From contig JBBSCN010000001.1 of assembly GCA_038250265.1 (NCBI GenBank), positions 1-63,783 of the forward strand: 63,783 bases of DNA, read 5' to 3'. Shown in pieces: positions 28,814-38,638 of this stretch (within the stretch, counting starts at the first letter, position 1; every line of letters starts with the position of its first letter). The notes beneath the pieces were generated by a model. It saw only the letters and a list, made by a program, of their open reading frames with translations, searched no databases and was not told where the DNA came from. The translations under genes were made by a program, and so were the position numbers. This DNA comes from Cytophagales bacterium. Its GTDB lineage: Bacteria; Bacteroidota; Bacteroidia; Cytophagales; Cyclobacteriaceae.

Positions 28814-31000
28814 CTAAATTAATGGAAATATAACGATAAATTTAGATCCTTTATTTTCTTCTCCTTCAGCTACAATGATTCCACGATGATTGGAAACAAT
28901 TTTTCTGCAAATGGCTAAGCCAATACCTGTCCCCTCAAAGTGCAGCCGACCGTGCAAGCGTTGAAATATGTTAAAAATTTGTTCTGCATAAATAGGATTA
29001 AAGCCAATGCCATTATCCTCCACACTAATCGCTGCGTATGCGCTGCCTGCCTGGGCGGTCGGGAAATATTTTTTTATATCTGTTTGCGCTAGTTGGGTTG
29101 ACTGAATGTTTACCTGCGAGTGTGTCGTTGCCTTATGGAATTTAATCGCATTGCTGATTAAATTTTGAAATAGGCGTTTCAATTGTGGCCGATCTCCTTT
29201 AATCGATACAAGCTGGCCTATTTGAATGGTCGCATTTTCGCGCAAAATCTGATTTTCCAAATCATCCATTATTTCGGCTACTACCAAATTGAGATTCACT
29301 ACCTCGGTTTGGACAGAACTTTTTGAAACTCTGGAAAAAGCCAATAAGTCTTGAATTAAAACTTGCATACGCGCGGCCGCACTTTGCATCCGCGCAATAT
29401 AGTCTGAACCGGTATCTTCTAGTTGTGTGCTGAATTTTGTTGAAAGCAAATCGCCAAAAGCCCGGATCTTTCTCAACGGTTCTTGCAAATCGTGCGAGGC
29501 CACGTAGGCGAATTGCTCTAAATCTTCGTTGGAACGTTTTAAGTCGCTGTTGATAAGCCCCAGTTCTAGTTCTTTTTCTTTCAGTTCGGTAATGTCTACC
29601 ACCACGCCCAATATATTTCCTTTTTCAATTTCTGTTTCGGCCGTAACCGATATATAGAAGTTACGGATTTCTCCTCTTACAACACACCGATATTCCATCC
29701 GAAAGCCCTCGAGCATATTCATGGCATTGGTGATAAAGGTTCGGAGCATCTCTTTGTCATTGCTGTGGGCGCATTCAATAAATGCCTCCCATGAGTTTTC
29801 GTTTTTGCTCGTATTTCCCAATATTCGACTGAGCCCGTCTGACCACACCATTTGTTTGGTTTTTAGGGTCCATTTCCAACTGCCCATATTGGCTAGTAGT
29901 TCCGCTTCTTTTAACAATAATGCTCGTTCGTTTGCCAGAATTACCTTTTCGCGCTGGTCAGTTATGTCTGTGTAGGTGACCACAAAGCCATCACCTAATT
30001 TTGCGACATTTATGGAATACCATTTGTTAGTGTCCGGTTGGTTATAGCTATCAATAGAAACTGTTTCTCCTCCTTCTACCACCTTCTTAAAAACATCAAA
30101 TAGCTGAGTCTTTAAGGTCGGAAATACTTCCAGTAATTTTTTTCCAACAATCTCATCTTCTTTTTTCTGAGCTGCTTCTTGGCTAGCGTTGTTAGCTAAA
30201 ATGGTCTCAAAGTCAAAAATTTCGTTGGCCTCATTGCGAATCGATTTACAGGCCAAAATCCCCCTGGGAGAATTATCCAATACGCTTCTTAAAAGCGTTT
30301 GCGTAAACTCGCGTACCCTCACCTCTTCTTTCAGAAACTGATTGCTTTCGGCCAATTGGGTTTTTGCCTTCTCCTGCTTGCGCAGCGCTTCCAGTATCCG
30401 AAAAAATAATACGATGGCTCCGCCTATCGCAAACAACGCGTAAAGTAAAATAGCAAAGGGCGCAATGTTCCTAAAGTCACTTTCCTTTTTTACACGTTGG
30501 TTAAGTATATCTTCTTCAGCTATAATAATTTCTTTTGTCTGAGCGCGAATGTTCTCCATGTTGTGTTTGCTCCTAAACAAAAGACTTTTTTCATACGTAT
30601 CCATATAAAGTGAAGACTGATTGGTGTTCGCCAGAATTTGGGGGATCAAAAGAAGTTGGTCATTTAAGAAAACCTTCAAACTATCCATTCTTCTTTGTTG
30701 AACTAAGTTGTCCATGACCAATCTATCCAATCTTGCAATCAGCAGGGGGATTTTCTCAACTGAATTGTTGTAGGGTTCGAGAAATGAAGAATCTCTGGTG
30801 AGCTGATAGCCGCGGTGCCCCGTTTCGGCATCTTTAATGGATGAAAGGGTGATCTCAATCGTTCGTAATACCTGGTTGGAATGCCGTATCGACTTTACTT
30901 CGTTTATATAATTAGTTAAATTTTTATAGGTCAATAGGCTAACGACAACGAGCACTACAACAATAAAAAAGAAAGTGATTTTTGTATAGTTTTTCTTCAT
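28814..31000 (-). CDS. CHASE3-PAS sensor histidine kinase (Cph1-like kinase core)
   Basis: Two TM helices flanking DAETGHRGYQLT (CHASE3); PAS domains; FAYVASHDLQEPLRKI; GTGIGLAIC. Confidence 0.93.
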   Translation of the reverse strand: MKKNYTKITFFFIVVVLVVVSLLTYKNLTNYINEVKSIRHSNQVLRTIEITLSSIKDAETGHRGYQLTRDSSFLEPYNNSVEKIPLLIARLDRLVMDNLVQQRRMDSLKVFLNDQLLLIPQILANTNQSSLYMDTYEKSLLFRSKHNMENIRAQTKEIIIAEEDILNQRVKKESDFRNIAPFAILLYALFAIGGAIVLFFRILEALRKQEKAKTQLAESNQFLKEEVRVREFTQTLLRSVLDNSPRGILACKSIRNEANEIFDFETILANNASQEAAQKKEDEIVGKKLLEVFPTLKTQLFDVFKKVVEGGETVSIDSYNQPDTNKWYSINVAKLGDGFVVTYTDITDQREKVILANERALLLKEAELLANMGSWKWTLKTKQMVWSDGLSRILGNTSKNENSWEAFIECAHSNDKEMLRTFITNAMNMLEGFRMEYRCVVRGEIRNFYISVTAETEIEKGNILGVVVDITELKEKELELGLINSDLKRSNEDLEQFAYVASHDLQEPLRKIRAFGDLLSTKFSTQLEDTGSDYIARMQSAAARMQVLIQDLLAFSRVSKSSVQTEVVNLNLVVAEIMDDLENQILRENATIQIGQLVSIKGDRPQLKRLFQNLISNAIKFHKATTHSQVNIQSTQLAQTDIKKYFPTAQAGSAYAAISVEDNGIGFNPIYAEQIFNIFQRLHGRLHFEGTGIGLAICRKIVSNHRGIIVAEGEENKGSKFIVIFPLI

Positions 31001-31001
31001 A

Positions 31002-31043
31002 GTGTGGCCATCTTTCTACAACTGCGTGTACTTTTTCTACGCA
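31002..31043. promoter_or_regulatory. Tandem candidate enhancer sites (TGTRG-N8-MCACA-like)
   Basis: GTGTGGCCATCTTTCTACA and TGCGTGTACTTTTTCTACGCA; similar sites at 34064, 36605 and 39657. Confidence 0.45.
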
Positions 31044-31099
31044 AAAAATTCCCAGCCTGTCAAATCTTTCAAATTCGCCTACTAATTCTATTAAAACTA

Positions 31100-31114
31100 T
31101 GGCTTAATAATTAT
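31100..31114 (+). promoter_or_regulatory. Candidate sigma54 -24/-12 promoter (TGGCT-N6-TTAT)
   Basis: Correct spacing but degenerate; upstream of the porin gene. Confidence 0.4.
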
Positions 31115-31147
31115 CCTACCAAGTTCAAACAAATTAACTGATATAAT

Positions 31148-31777
31148 ATGAAAACAAAGAACAAACTTATTTACGGGTTGATGATCGCGGGGCTTTTGTC
31201 ATTGTCTACCAATTCTTCTTTTGCCCAAATGGGCAAAGCGGGTATTAAAGGAGGGCTTAACGCAAGCAATCTTTATATTGATAACGTGACAGATCAAAAT
31301 GCACGTTATGGATTTCATATTGGCCTGTTCGGTCAGCCCATCTCTACCGATGCCTTTGCACTACAGGTAGAGCTGTTGTATTCTACCAAGGGTAACAAAG
31401 CTGAATATGGTAGTCCTTTTAACCAAGAAATAAAGTACAACCTCAATTATATTGATTTGCCCGTTTTAGCGGTGATCAAACTGGGTAAGGCCGCAGAGAT
31501 TCACCTTGGAGGATACGCCAGTTATTTGCTAGGTGCAGATATTTCTTACTCCGGCCTCTTGGCCAATGGCGTAACACAGATCGATAAAGACAATTTAAAC
31601 TCACTAGATTACGGATTGGTAGGAGGCTTTGCGCTAAACTTTGGTGCTGCACAAGTGGGTGTTCGTTATAATTACGGGCTGGCAGAAATTGCCAATAGCG
31701 ATTCGGCTAACGTAATTTTGGGAAACTCTAAAAACTCAAACGCCCAACTCTATGTTGCCTTCAACTTGGCGAAGTGA
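31148..31777 (+). CDS. Outer membrane beta-barrel (porin family, OMP_b-brl_2/PorT-like)
   Basis: Signal peptide; GIKGGLN.S, LQVELLYSTKG, LNYIDLPVL, RYNYGL. Confidence 0.9.
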   Translation: MKTKNKLIYGLMIAGLLSLSTNSSFAQMGKAGIKGGLNASNLYIDNVTDQNARYGFHIGLFGQPISTDAFALQVELLYSTKGNKAEYGSPFNQEIKYNLNYIDLPVLAVIKLGKAAEIHLGGYASYLLGADISYSGLLANGVTQIDKDNLNSLDYGLVGGFALNFGAAQVGVRYNYGLAEIANSDSANVILGNSKNSNAQLYVAFNLAK

Positions 31778-31808
31778 GTTTAGAAGTAATGTTACTTGAA
31801 AAAAGTAA

Positions 31809-31845
31809 TGCCACTGCTATACAGGTTGTAGCAGTGGCACTATTT
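31809..31845 (+). terminator. Terminator-like hairpin after the porin gene
   Basis: TGCCACTGCTA/TAGCAGTGGCA 11-bp stem; weak U-tract. Confidence 0.6.
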
Positions 31846-31879
31846 ACGAGCTAGCTCCTCCTAAGTGATACTTTTTTAT

Positions 31880-32007
31880 AATTGGAGTTACGGAAATCAA
31901 CTAAGTTACTGTGAGGCTGAGCCAGTCGAAGCCTATTCGTAGACTCCAATAATACGTTTTCGACAACCTTAAACTGACAACATTTAACGTTTTGCGTAGC
32001 TCCAGTT
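31880..32007. mobile_element. MITE/REP-like element with imperfect 17-bp terminal inverted repeats
   Basis: AATTGGAGTTACGGAAA ... TTTGCGTAGCTCCAGTT enclosing a decayed CTGAG..GTCGAA / TTCGAC..CTGACA palindrome. Confidence 0.55.
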
Positions 32008-33398
32008 TACAAATCAATATTATAAATCTTCAATTTATTGTATAGCGTTTTGCGGTCTATATTCAGTAATTCTGCCGCCTTTGATTTGTTGAACGCCACT
32101 TTCTCCAACACTTCAACAATCGCATTTCGTTCGGCCAAGCCAGCAATAGATTTCAATACACCCTTGCTCTCATCTGGGAGGATACCCTCTGCGAGCTTGT
32201 CCGCATGAACGATCTCCTGTGGCAGACTCTCGGCAAGCACCTGATCACCCGTTGTTAGCAAAACAGACCGCTTCACTACATTGGCTAACTCACGCAAGTT
32301 TCCATGCCAGTAATAATTTCGCAGATACGATACCACCTCAGCGGTAAACGATAATACATTTTTTCCCAATGAGAGATTTGCCTTTTTCAAAAAATAATCG
32401 GCAAAAACCATAATATCGTCTTTACGTTCTCGCAAGGGAAGTAACTGAATTTTAAATTCATTTAAGCGATGAAAAAGATCTTCTCTAAACCTACCTTCTT
32501 TTACCCCCTTTGCAAAATCTTCATTAGTAGCGGCAATAATGCGAACATCAATGGGAGTATCCTTGGTAGCTCCAATTCGCTTGATCTTTCTTTCTTGAAT
32601 CACCCGTAAAAGTTTTACTTGATTCTCGTAGGTCAAATTTCCAACTTCATCCAAAAAGATCGTTCCCCCATCGGCTATCTCAAAGCTTCCCAATTTATCA
32701 TTGATCGCCCCGGTGAAGGAGCCTTTTACATGGCCGAAAAGTTCGCTGCCGGCCAATTCTTTGGGTAATGCTCCGCAATCAATGGCAATAAAAGGTCTAT
32801 GGCTTCGCTTACTAAATTTGTGAATGGATTGGGCAGCAAATTCTTTTCCTGTCCCTGTATCGCCTTCAATGATCACCGACATATCAGAGGGTGCAATTAA
32901 CTCAATGTGCCGCTGCACCATTTGCGATTGCGTACTCTTACCTACTATAAAGTCGGAAGTAGATAGTGCTTCAGTGTTACCATTTTTCGTCTTAAGCTTT
33001 GCCTCTTCGGGCAAGCTTGCCAATAGAATTTTAGCTTTATTTTTCTCCAACGCTTCTTTGATGGTTACCAGCAACTCATCGGGGAACAGAGGCTTGGTTA
33101 CATAATCGCTGGCTCCATACTTAAACGTTTCCACCGCAGTCCGCACATCTGAATAGCCCGTAATAATGACCACCGCAACGAGAGGCGATAAAATTTTGAT
33201 TTTTTGTAGGAGCTCGACACCTGTATAGTCAGGAAGACGATAATCACAAAGAACGAGATCAACGTGATTATTTCTAATGATCCGGAGACCATCTTCACCC
33301 TTGTATGCTACCTCTACAGAATAACCGTACTTAATTAAAAACTTGGACAGGGTAAGGCAAATGTCTTTGTCATCATCTATAACTAAAATTACTGGCAT
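32007..33398 (-). CDS. Sigma54-dependent response regulator (NtrC/Fis family enhancer-binding protein)
   Basis: REC domain; Walker A GDTGTGKE; ELFGHVKGSFTGA; FLDE; WHGNLREL; Fis HTH AAELLNIDRKTLYNKL. Confidence 0.96.
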   Translation of the reverse strand: MPVILVIDDDKDICLTLSKFLIKYGYSVEVAYKGEDGLRIIRNNHVDLVLCDYRLPDYTGVELLQKIKILSPLVAVVIITGYSDVRTAVETFKYGASDYVTKPLFPDELLVTIKEALEKNKAKILLASLPEEAKLKTKNGNTEALSTSDFIVGKSTQSQMVQRHIELIAPSDMSVIIEGDTGTGKEFAAQSIHKFSKRSHRPFIAIDCGALPKELAGSELFGHVKGSFTGAINDKLGSFEIADGGTIFLDEVGNLTYENQVKLLRVIQERKIKRIGATKDTPIDVRIIAATNEDFAKGVKEGRFREDLFHRLNEFKIQLLPLRERKDDIMVFADYFLKKANLSLGKNVLSFTAEVVSYLRNYYWHGNLRELANVVKRSVLLTTGDQVLAESLPQEIVHADKLAEGILPDESKGVLKSIAGLAERNAIVEVLEKVAFNKSKAAELLNIDRKTLYNKLKIYNIDL

Positions 33399-33424
33399 AT
33401 CTACTGATAAATAAGAATTAAAAG

Positions 33425-33823
33425 TTACGCATAATTAACGGTATGTAGAGCCTGATCAAGGGTTTTTTTAGATAAAGGCTTTTGAATAAAGTAATTAGCT
33501 CCATTTTCAAGAGCTCTTTTAGCCTCACCATCATAAGCAGTGATAATAATGATTTTGGCTTGCGACCGTAGTTCTTTCAACTTATGGATGAGGTCATAAC
33601 CCGATCCATCCGTTAGGTTAAGATCCACGATATAGAGATCATATTTGGTTAGGGTGGTCTTGTACAATGCTTCCTTGATCGTCACCGCGTAGCCTGCTTT
33701 TATACCTTTGTTATCAAGGTATTTGGTTACCAAAATACAAATGTCAATTTCATCGTCCACTACCAATACTCTGCCCATTACATACTCGTTTAGCCAATTT
33801 GATAAAGAATCAACCACATCCAT
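33425..33823 (-). CDS. Single-domain response regulator
   Basis: VLVVDDE, VDLNLTDGSG, ITAY, QKP; start may be 33778. Confidence 0.9.
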   Translation of the reverse strand: MDVVDSLSNWLNEYVMGRVLVVDDEIDICILVTKYLDNKGIKAGYAVTIKEALYKTTLTKYDLYIVDLNLTDGSGYDLIHKLKELRSQAKIIIITAYDGEAKRALENGANYFIQKPLSKKTLDQALHTVNYA

Positions 33824-34134
33824 TGCTAGTGGATGTTTCGCTTTTCCATCCCTTCCTTGGTGTAAAAGGGAAAGAATAGCTTAACGTGAAGTACGATGAG
33901 TCCTACGAATAAAACAAATCCTACTACAAGGGAAACTACTACGTTAAATATATCTGCCATATCAAGTTAAATTATTTTTTGAAATCCAAAGAGAATAATG
34001 TGCCAGTTTTTTTAGAGTAGAAAAGAATCAATTGCATGGATAAACGAGGCGCAATTCCACAGACGTGGGGATAATTTTCCACAATTGAGTTCCCATACCG
34101 CAATAGTAGTCAAGCTAACCACCCGTTTTGTAGT

Positions 34135-34149
34135 TGGCATGACTATTAC
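34135..34149 (+). promoter_or_regulatory. Candidate sigma54 promoter (TGGCA-TGACTA-TTAC)
   Basis: Nearly identical to the motif at 39726; enhancer-like palindrome at 34064-34083. Confidence 0.65.
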
Positions 34150-34172
34150 ACTAAGTTGGAAAAATAAACTTT

Positions 34173-34325
34173 ATGAGTGACCTATTATACTTTGTGGCCG
34201 TGATACTTCTGATCGGATGGCTTTTTGGATTTTTCTTTTTTAGCCTGGGCGCATTTATTCACATTTTGCTTGTGTTCGCAATAATCGCGATCTTGTTTCG
34301 TGTGATACGAGGAGGAAGAATATAA
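34173..34325 (+). CDS. lmo0937-family (DUF5670) small membrane protein, 50 aa, below the ORF-track cutoff
   Basis: Hand translation MSDLLYFVAVILLIGWLFGFFFFSLGAFIHILLVFAIIAILFRVIRGGRI; W..G....G..IHILLV.A signature. Confidence 0.9.
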   Translation: MSDLLYFVAVILLIGWLFGFFFFSLGAFIHILLVFAIIAILFRVIRGGRI

Positions 34326-34338
34326 ACTAACCTCGCCA

Positions 34339-35934
34339 ATGAACAAGAAAGAGCTATGGACAAAATTTCGTTCAAAGCGAATGCAGAAAAGACTATTGCT
34401 TGCCCTTGCACTATTTGTTCTTGTCATCGTTTCGGTAAACGTTTTAACCCATATTGCCGAAAAAGAAGCCATAACAAAGTTTAAAAAATTGAATGGAACA
34501 TTTGGTTCAATCAAGATCAACATACTCAGCCGCTCTGTTAGCATCAAAAACATAGCGTGGCAGTCTCCAAATCAGCAATACCCACATCAAGTAACGATAG
34601 CCAATTGTAAGTTTCAAGGGATTGGATTATTTCAATTGATCTTTCATAAAAGGATTTATATTGAGAAGTTATTGCTCGATAGTGGAAAGATTAGCTACAA
34701 TCAATTACTGGAAGCAAAAGAGGCGCCTTCTCCAAAGAAGGAAGAATATCCGGTAGAAATTGAGAACATTATTGTCAATAATCTCTATGGAGAGCTTAAG
34801 CAAGACTCCGCTTCAAAGATTCATGGATTAGTCAATGCCTCAACTGGTGCATTTGTTTCGACCGATAAATTTTTAAAGGCATTTCAATCCAACTTTAACT
34901 ATCTCGAAGGCTCGATATTGGATTTGACTATAAAAGACGCCAAGGGATTTTATACCACTCACGTAAACGAAGTACAATTTAATAGTCGCGCGCAGAGGCT
35001 TCAAATTGACTCGCTCACACTTATACCACAGCACACAAAATATCAATTTGCAAGGAAATGGGGGCAACAGATTGACCGAATTGACTTAAGCATACAGAAA
35101 ATTGATATTTCACGACTTGATTATCCCAAACTATTCGACAGCCTATTTTCCGCTGGCAAGATCTCGGTTACATCCGCTGACTTGTTATCCTTTCGCGACA
35201 AGAGAATACCTGATGGAATAGAGCCTATTGTACCCATGCCCATGACGAGTTTGGCTCAACTTCCATTTGCCATTTCCATTGATAGTATCGTTTTAACCAG
35301 TTCTAAAGTTACCGTGGAAGAGTTCGCTGTCGATGGGTTTCAGCCTGGGTATATCAATTTTCAACAACTAACAGCTTTGATGACCACTATCGATAACCGC
35401 TACGACAGCACCAAGGCACGCCATTCCAAACTTGTTGCCAGTGGCAATTTGATGGGCACTGGATTAGTAAAAGCTACTTTTAGTTTTCCATTAGATGGCT
35501 CAGCGGACTACCTTACAACAGGTTCTTTGAGAGATTTTCGGTTAGCAGACCTCAATCCTATGCTAGAAAATATAGCCCAATTGAGAATTGACGAAGGTCA
35601 CTTAAAGGAAGTAAGTTTCAATTTCCGATACAATGACCGTAAATCCATAGGGTCACTGGCAATAAATTATAAAGACTTAAAACTACAAGTGCTGAAGTCG
35701 GATAAAGGCAAATCTGAAAATTACTTTAAGTCATGGCTCGTAAACGCCTTGGTTATGAATACAAAAGACAAATCAGTAGACCGTGCCAAGCGAACTGGGG
35801 TGATTGAACTAGAGCGAGACAGGAAAAGATTTATTTTTAATATCTGGTGGAAATCCATCAGGTCAGGATTGCAATCCTCTTTTTTGGGAAAATCAACGCC
35901 ACCCTTACAAAAAAGTAAAGTGAGAAAAAGTTGA
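34339..35934 (+). CDS. Membrane-anchored DUF748/AsmA-like protein
   Basis: N-terminal TM anchor, long beta-rich body, C-terminal RDRKRFIFNIWWKSI..GL. Confidence 0.6.
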   Translation: MNKKELWTKFRSKRMQKRLLLALALFVLVIVSVNVLTHIAEKEAITKFKKLNGTFGSIKINILSRSVSIKNIAWQSPNQQYPHQVTIANCKFQGIGLFQLIFHKRIYIEKLLLDSGKISYNQLLEAKEAPSPKKEEYPVEIENIIVNNLYGELKQDSASKIHGLVNASTGAFVSTDKFLKAFQSNFNYLEGSILDLTIKDAKGFYTTHVNEVQFNSRAQRLQIDSLTLIPQHTKYQFARKWGQQIDRIDLSIQKIDISRLDYPKLFDSLFSAGKISVTSADLLSFRDKRIPDGIEPIVPMPMTSLAQLPFAISIDSIVLTSSKVTVEEFAVDGFQPGYINFQQLTALMTTIDNRYDSTKARHSKLVASGNLMGTGLVKATFSFPLDGSADYLTTGSLRDFRLADLNPMLENIAQLRIDEGHLKEVSFNFRYNDRKSIGSLAINYKDLKLQVLKSDKGKSENYFKSWLVNALVMNTKDKSVDRAKRTGVIELERDRKRFIFNIWWKSIRSGLQSSFLGKSTPPLQKSKVRKS

Positions 35935-36008
35935 TAGACTTGATTTAATTGGTTTTATCAAATACCGAAGCGTTCTAAATAATAAATAAATTAACGCAAA
36001 GAATTTCC

Positions 36009-36037
36009 AAAAAAAAGACGGTTGTCCGTCTTTTTTT
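36009..36037. terminator. Bidirectional intrinsic terminator
   Basis: AAAAAAAAGACGG-TTGT-CCGTCTTTTTTT between convergent genes. Confidence 0.85.
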
Positions 36038-36060
36038 AATCTGAAACTGAAATTGCTACG

Positions 36061-36519
36061 TTAAGCAACTACCGACCTTTCTCGGTACTGCTTTATAAGA
36101 TCAAGAGATGCTTTCAATTTCGTTTTTTGCGCTGAAATAATGTGCTCAGAACTTGGTGACAAATCACCACTTTCTAAAGCGGTTTTGTAAGCCGATTGCG
36201 CAGCATCTTCCCCAAATTCGCACGCACTCAAAATACCCTCTCTATTTTTCCCGTTAAATGTAGCGCGGATATCCATCCATACACGATAGATTTTTCCTGC
36301 GTTGGTGGTGCTGCCGACAGCAGGCTCGCCATCCAACTTCAAAATTTCTTGGGTTAATGCCATTACAATGGTCTTGCTCTCATCGGCCATGTCGTGAAAG
36401 AGCCTTTTTTGATCTTGCTCTTTCGATTCGTCTGCCGCTTTTTCATAACCTTCTACGCGGTCGTTGTTGATCTTTAGTAGATCGTTCAATACCTCCGATT
36501 CATTTGATTTCTTTTCCAT
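36061..36519 (-). CDS. PA2169 family (DUF2383) ferritin-like four-helix bundle
   Basis: LNDLLKINNDRVEGYEKAA, GKIYRVWMD, CEFGEDAAQSAY. Confidence 0.93.
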   Translation of the reverse strand: MEKKSNESEVLNDLLKINNDRVEGYEKAADESKEQDQKRLFHDMADESKTIVMALTQEILKLDGEPAVGSTTNAGKIYRVWMDIRATFNGKNREGILSACEFGEDAAQSAYKTALESGDLSPSSEHIISAQKTKLKASLDLIKQYRERSVVA

Positions 36520-36551
36520 AGCTACATTTTTAAATTGTTTCTATCTGTAAC

Positions 36552-36566
36552 TCAATAACTATACCT
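36552..36566 (-). promoter_or_regulatory. Candidate sigma54 promoter (AGGTA-TAGTTA-TTGA)
   Basis: Same variant as at 39583-39597; enhancer-like site at 36605-36624. Confidence 0.5.
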
Positions 36567-36721
36567 TTCATTTTGAATATTAGAACTGGCCTTTTAACTG
36601 CTTTTGTGTAGAACAAATTACGCAGCCTGATGAAATTTGTTCTCACAGCTAGATTTAGAAAAAATGGCAGGGTAAAATATGCATTCAGGCATTCAATATC
36701 TTTCAGATCGGAATCAGACCA

Positions 36722-37183
36722 CTATTGTGTTACAATCATTTCATCAAGGTATTGCCGTAGCAACCCAAAAGAATCTTTTAACGTATCATTTTGCCTTGAA
36801 ATCAGTTGATTCCAATCGCCCGTTAACTCATTACTTTCTAGATGCGTTCTATAGACCGCCAGAAATGTATTTTCACCAAATTCGCATGAACGTAAAATAG
36901 CACCTTGGCCGTTTTCACTAAAAATTGCCTGAGCGCTCATCCACACCCGATAAATCTTTCCTGCATGAGAAGTACTGCCAACAGAAGGTAATCCACCATG
37001 TTCTACTATTTCGTTGGCAAGTTCTATGGCAATAAGTCTACTCTCATCTGCCCTATTCTGAAAGAGCTTTTTTAACTCAGTGTTCTTTATCACCTCGGCA
37101 GCTTTCACATAGAGTTGTACGCGGTCATTGTTACTAATAAGTAGGCTGTTCAGCGCTTCTAATTCGTTTGCTTCTTTTTCCAT
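36722..37183 (-). CDS. PA2169 family (DUF2383) protein, diverged tandem paralog
   Basis: NNDRV..Y.KAA, VGST..AGKIYRVWM and CEFGE shared with 36061-36519. Confidence 0.9.
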   Translation of the reverse strand: MEKEANELEALNSLLISNNDRVQLYVKAAEVIKNTELKKLFQNRADESRLIAIELANEIVEHGGLPSVGSTSHAGKIYRVWMSAQAIFSENGQGAILRSCEFGENTFLAVYRTHLESNELTGDWNQLISRQNDTLKDSFGLLRQYLDEMIVTQ

Positions 37184-37219
37184 ATTGATCGTTACTTTGA
37201 CTATTCCAAAGTTTAAAAA

Positions 37220-38512
37220 TTAGGTAGTAATCGCGCGGGCAACTGTAATGCGTTGAAGTATCACCGAAAGAGCCAAGCCAAACAGCACGTATGCCAAAAA
37301 AAGTATAAATCCAGGCTGAAGTGATGTATCATTGGTGGAAATACTAGCGAGCGATTCCGATTGTCTGTTTAAGTTCTCCAACTGGCTGTCCAGAATTCCT
37401 TTAAAGCCAATGTAGGCCATAAAAATAGCTACTACATTTACATCGGCCATGCTCCACTTGCCCGATTTAAAAGCAAAAAATTGAATCAACTTGTTTTGCC
37501 GCCAATGTTCATTTCCTAGCAGATAGGCTTTCGTAGAAAGTAATTTTGCCACCGGAAAGACTATACTAAATACCAGAATGAGAACTCCTACCATGGCTGA
37601 ATCGAATTTTCGCGTCTCGATTAAAATACGAACTACGTCTACTATGCTTTTACTTTGAAAAAAGATGACTTGGTCTGTAAATAATATTTTCTCACCAATC
37701 AATAAAAAACTCATCTCCTTAATCCGCGCATCAATTTCGATCATGGGGGCGGTAAGGCCCACTGTTAGCAACACCAGCGCCAACAAAGCAGACAAGGTAA
37801 ACAGGGGCGTATGGGTGGTTGGTTGATTGCGTAGCAGCCACCAAAGAACCAAAAAGGCTAATAGAATGCCGAGCATTAGCCAGGTATAAAAATAGTTTTG
37901 CTGTTGAAGAGCGTTGAGCAGTTGTTCACTTTGCACATTGAAGGCATGAACATCTGGCACTTGGTATTTTAGAAGAATAGCCTCACTTTGTCTTACATCG
38001 TTGGCACTATCGTACGTGATGGAGCCGAAATCTTCTAGTTTACTTTTGATCAAAAATTTTAATTTTTCCTTGTTCTTTGGCTTTTTCAGTTCATTCACTA
38101 TAGTCTGTGCAAATAGAGGTACTTGCTCATGCAACTTGTCTTCTTTGACAAAAGTCTTTATGGCGAATTTTTTCAATTTCCCCTTTAGGGTCTTTTGCTT
38201 CTTATCAACCAAATCGCCCGCCTTATTAATAATGGCATGCAGTACGGTGGCTACTTCCAACTTGAGTGTATCTTCTTGTTGACGGCTGAGTTCGAAATCA
38301 TCAATTCGGTTGGTAACCACCCGTATCAAGTGGTCGCGCCAAGCGTTTACTGAGAGCAACCCATTAGTTATGTTATTAAGTGTACTGTAATCTTTTTTTA
38401 TAACTGCCCGTTCATTCGATAACCTGTGAACTTGATAGCCGCTCCAACTGGCAACAAATAAGAGTGAGCCAGCTAGGATGGTGATAAGTAAGCGTTGCGA
38501 AAATTTATTCAT
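37220..38512 (-). CDS. pqiA: Paraquat-inducible protein A (PqiA-domain) membrane protein
   Basis: C-terminal FSIVFPVAK and GKWSMADV.VVA PqiA signature; large N-terminal soluble domain. Confidence 0.85.
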   Translation of the reverse strand: MNKFSQRLLITILAGSLLFVASWSGYQVHRLSNERAVIKKDYSTLNNITNGLLSVNAWRDHLIRVVTNRIDDFELSRQQEDTLKLEVATVLHAIINKAGDLVDKKQKTLKGKLKKFAIKTFVKEDKLHEQVPLFAQTIVNELKKPKNKEKLKFLIKSKLEDFGSITYDSANDVRQSEAILLKYQVPDVHAFNVQSEQLLNALQQQNYFYTWLMLGILLAFLVLWWLLRNQPTTHTPLFTLSALLALVLLTVGLTAPMIEIDARIKEMSFLLIGEKILFTDQVIFFQSKSIVDVVRILIETRKFDSAMVGVLILVFSIVFPVAKLLSTKAYLLGNEHWRQNKLIQFFAFKSGKWSMADVNVVAIFMAYIGFKGILDSQLENLNRQSESLASISTNDTSLQPGFILFLAYVLFGLALSVILQRITVARAITT

Positions 38513-38638
38513 GATTTTTTTCTAGAAAAGAAGTATTTGTTGACGAGTTTGGTAACAAAAAAGGTAAGAGCAATCCCACCCTCAAGGGCACAAAAGCCGT
38601 ATATCCAATTCTGGTAAATCTTTTGTTTCTCAGCGCTG

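Noticed and set aside
32713-32730. GSFTGA instead of GAFTGA in the activator as a sign of sigma54 independence
   Set aside because: GSFTGA is a common functional variant; the key F and T residues are retained
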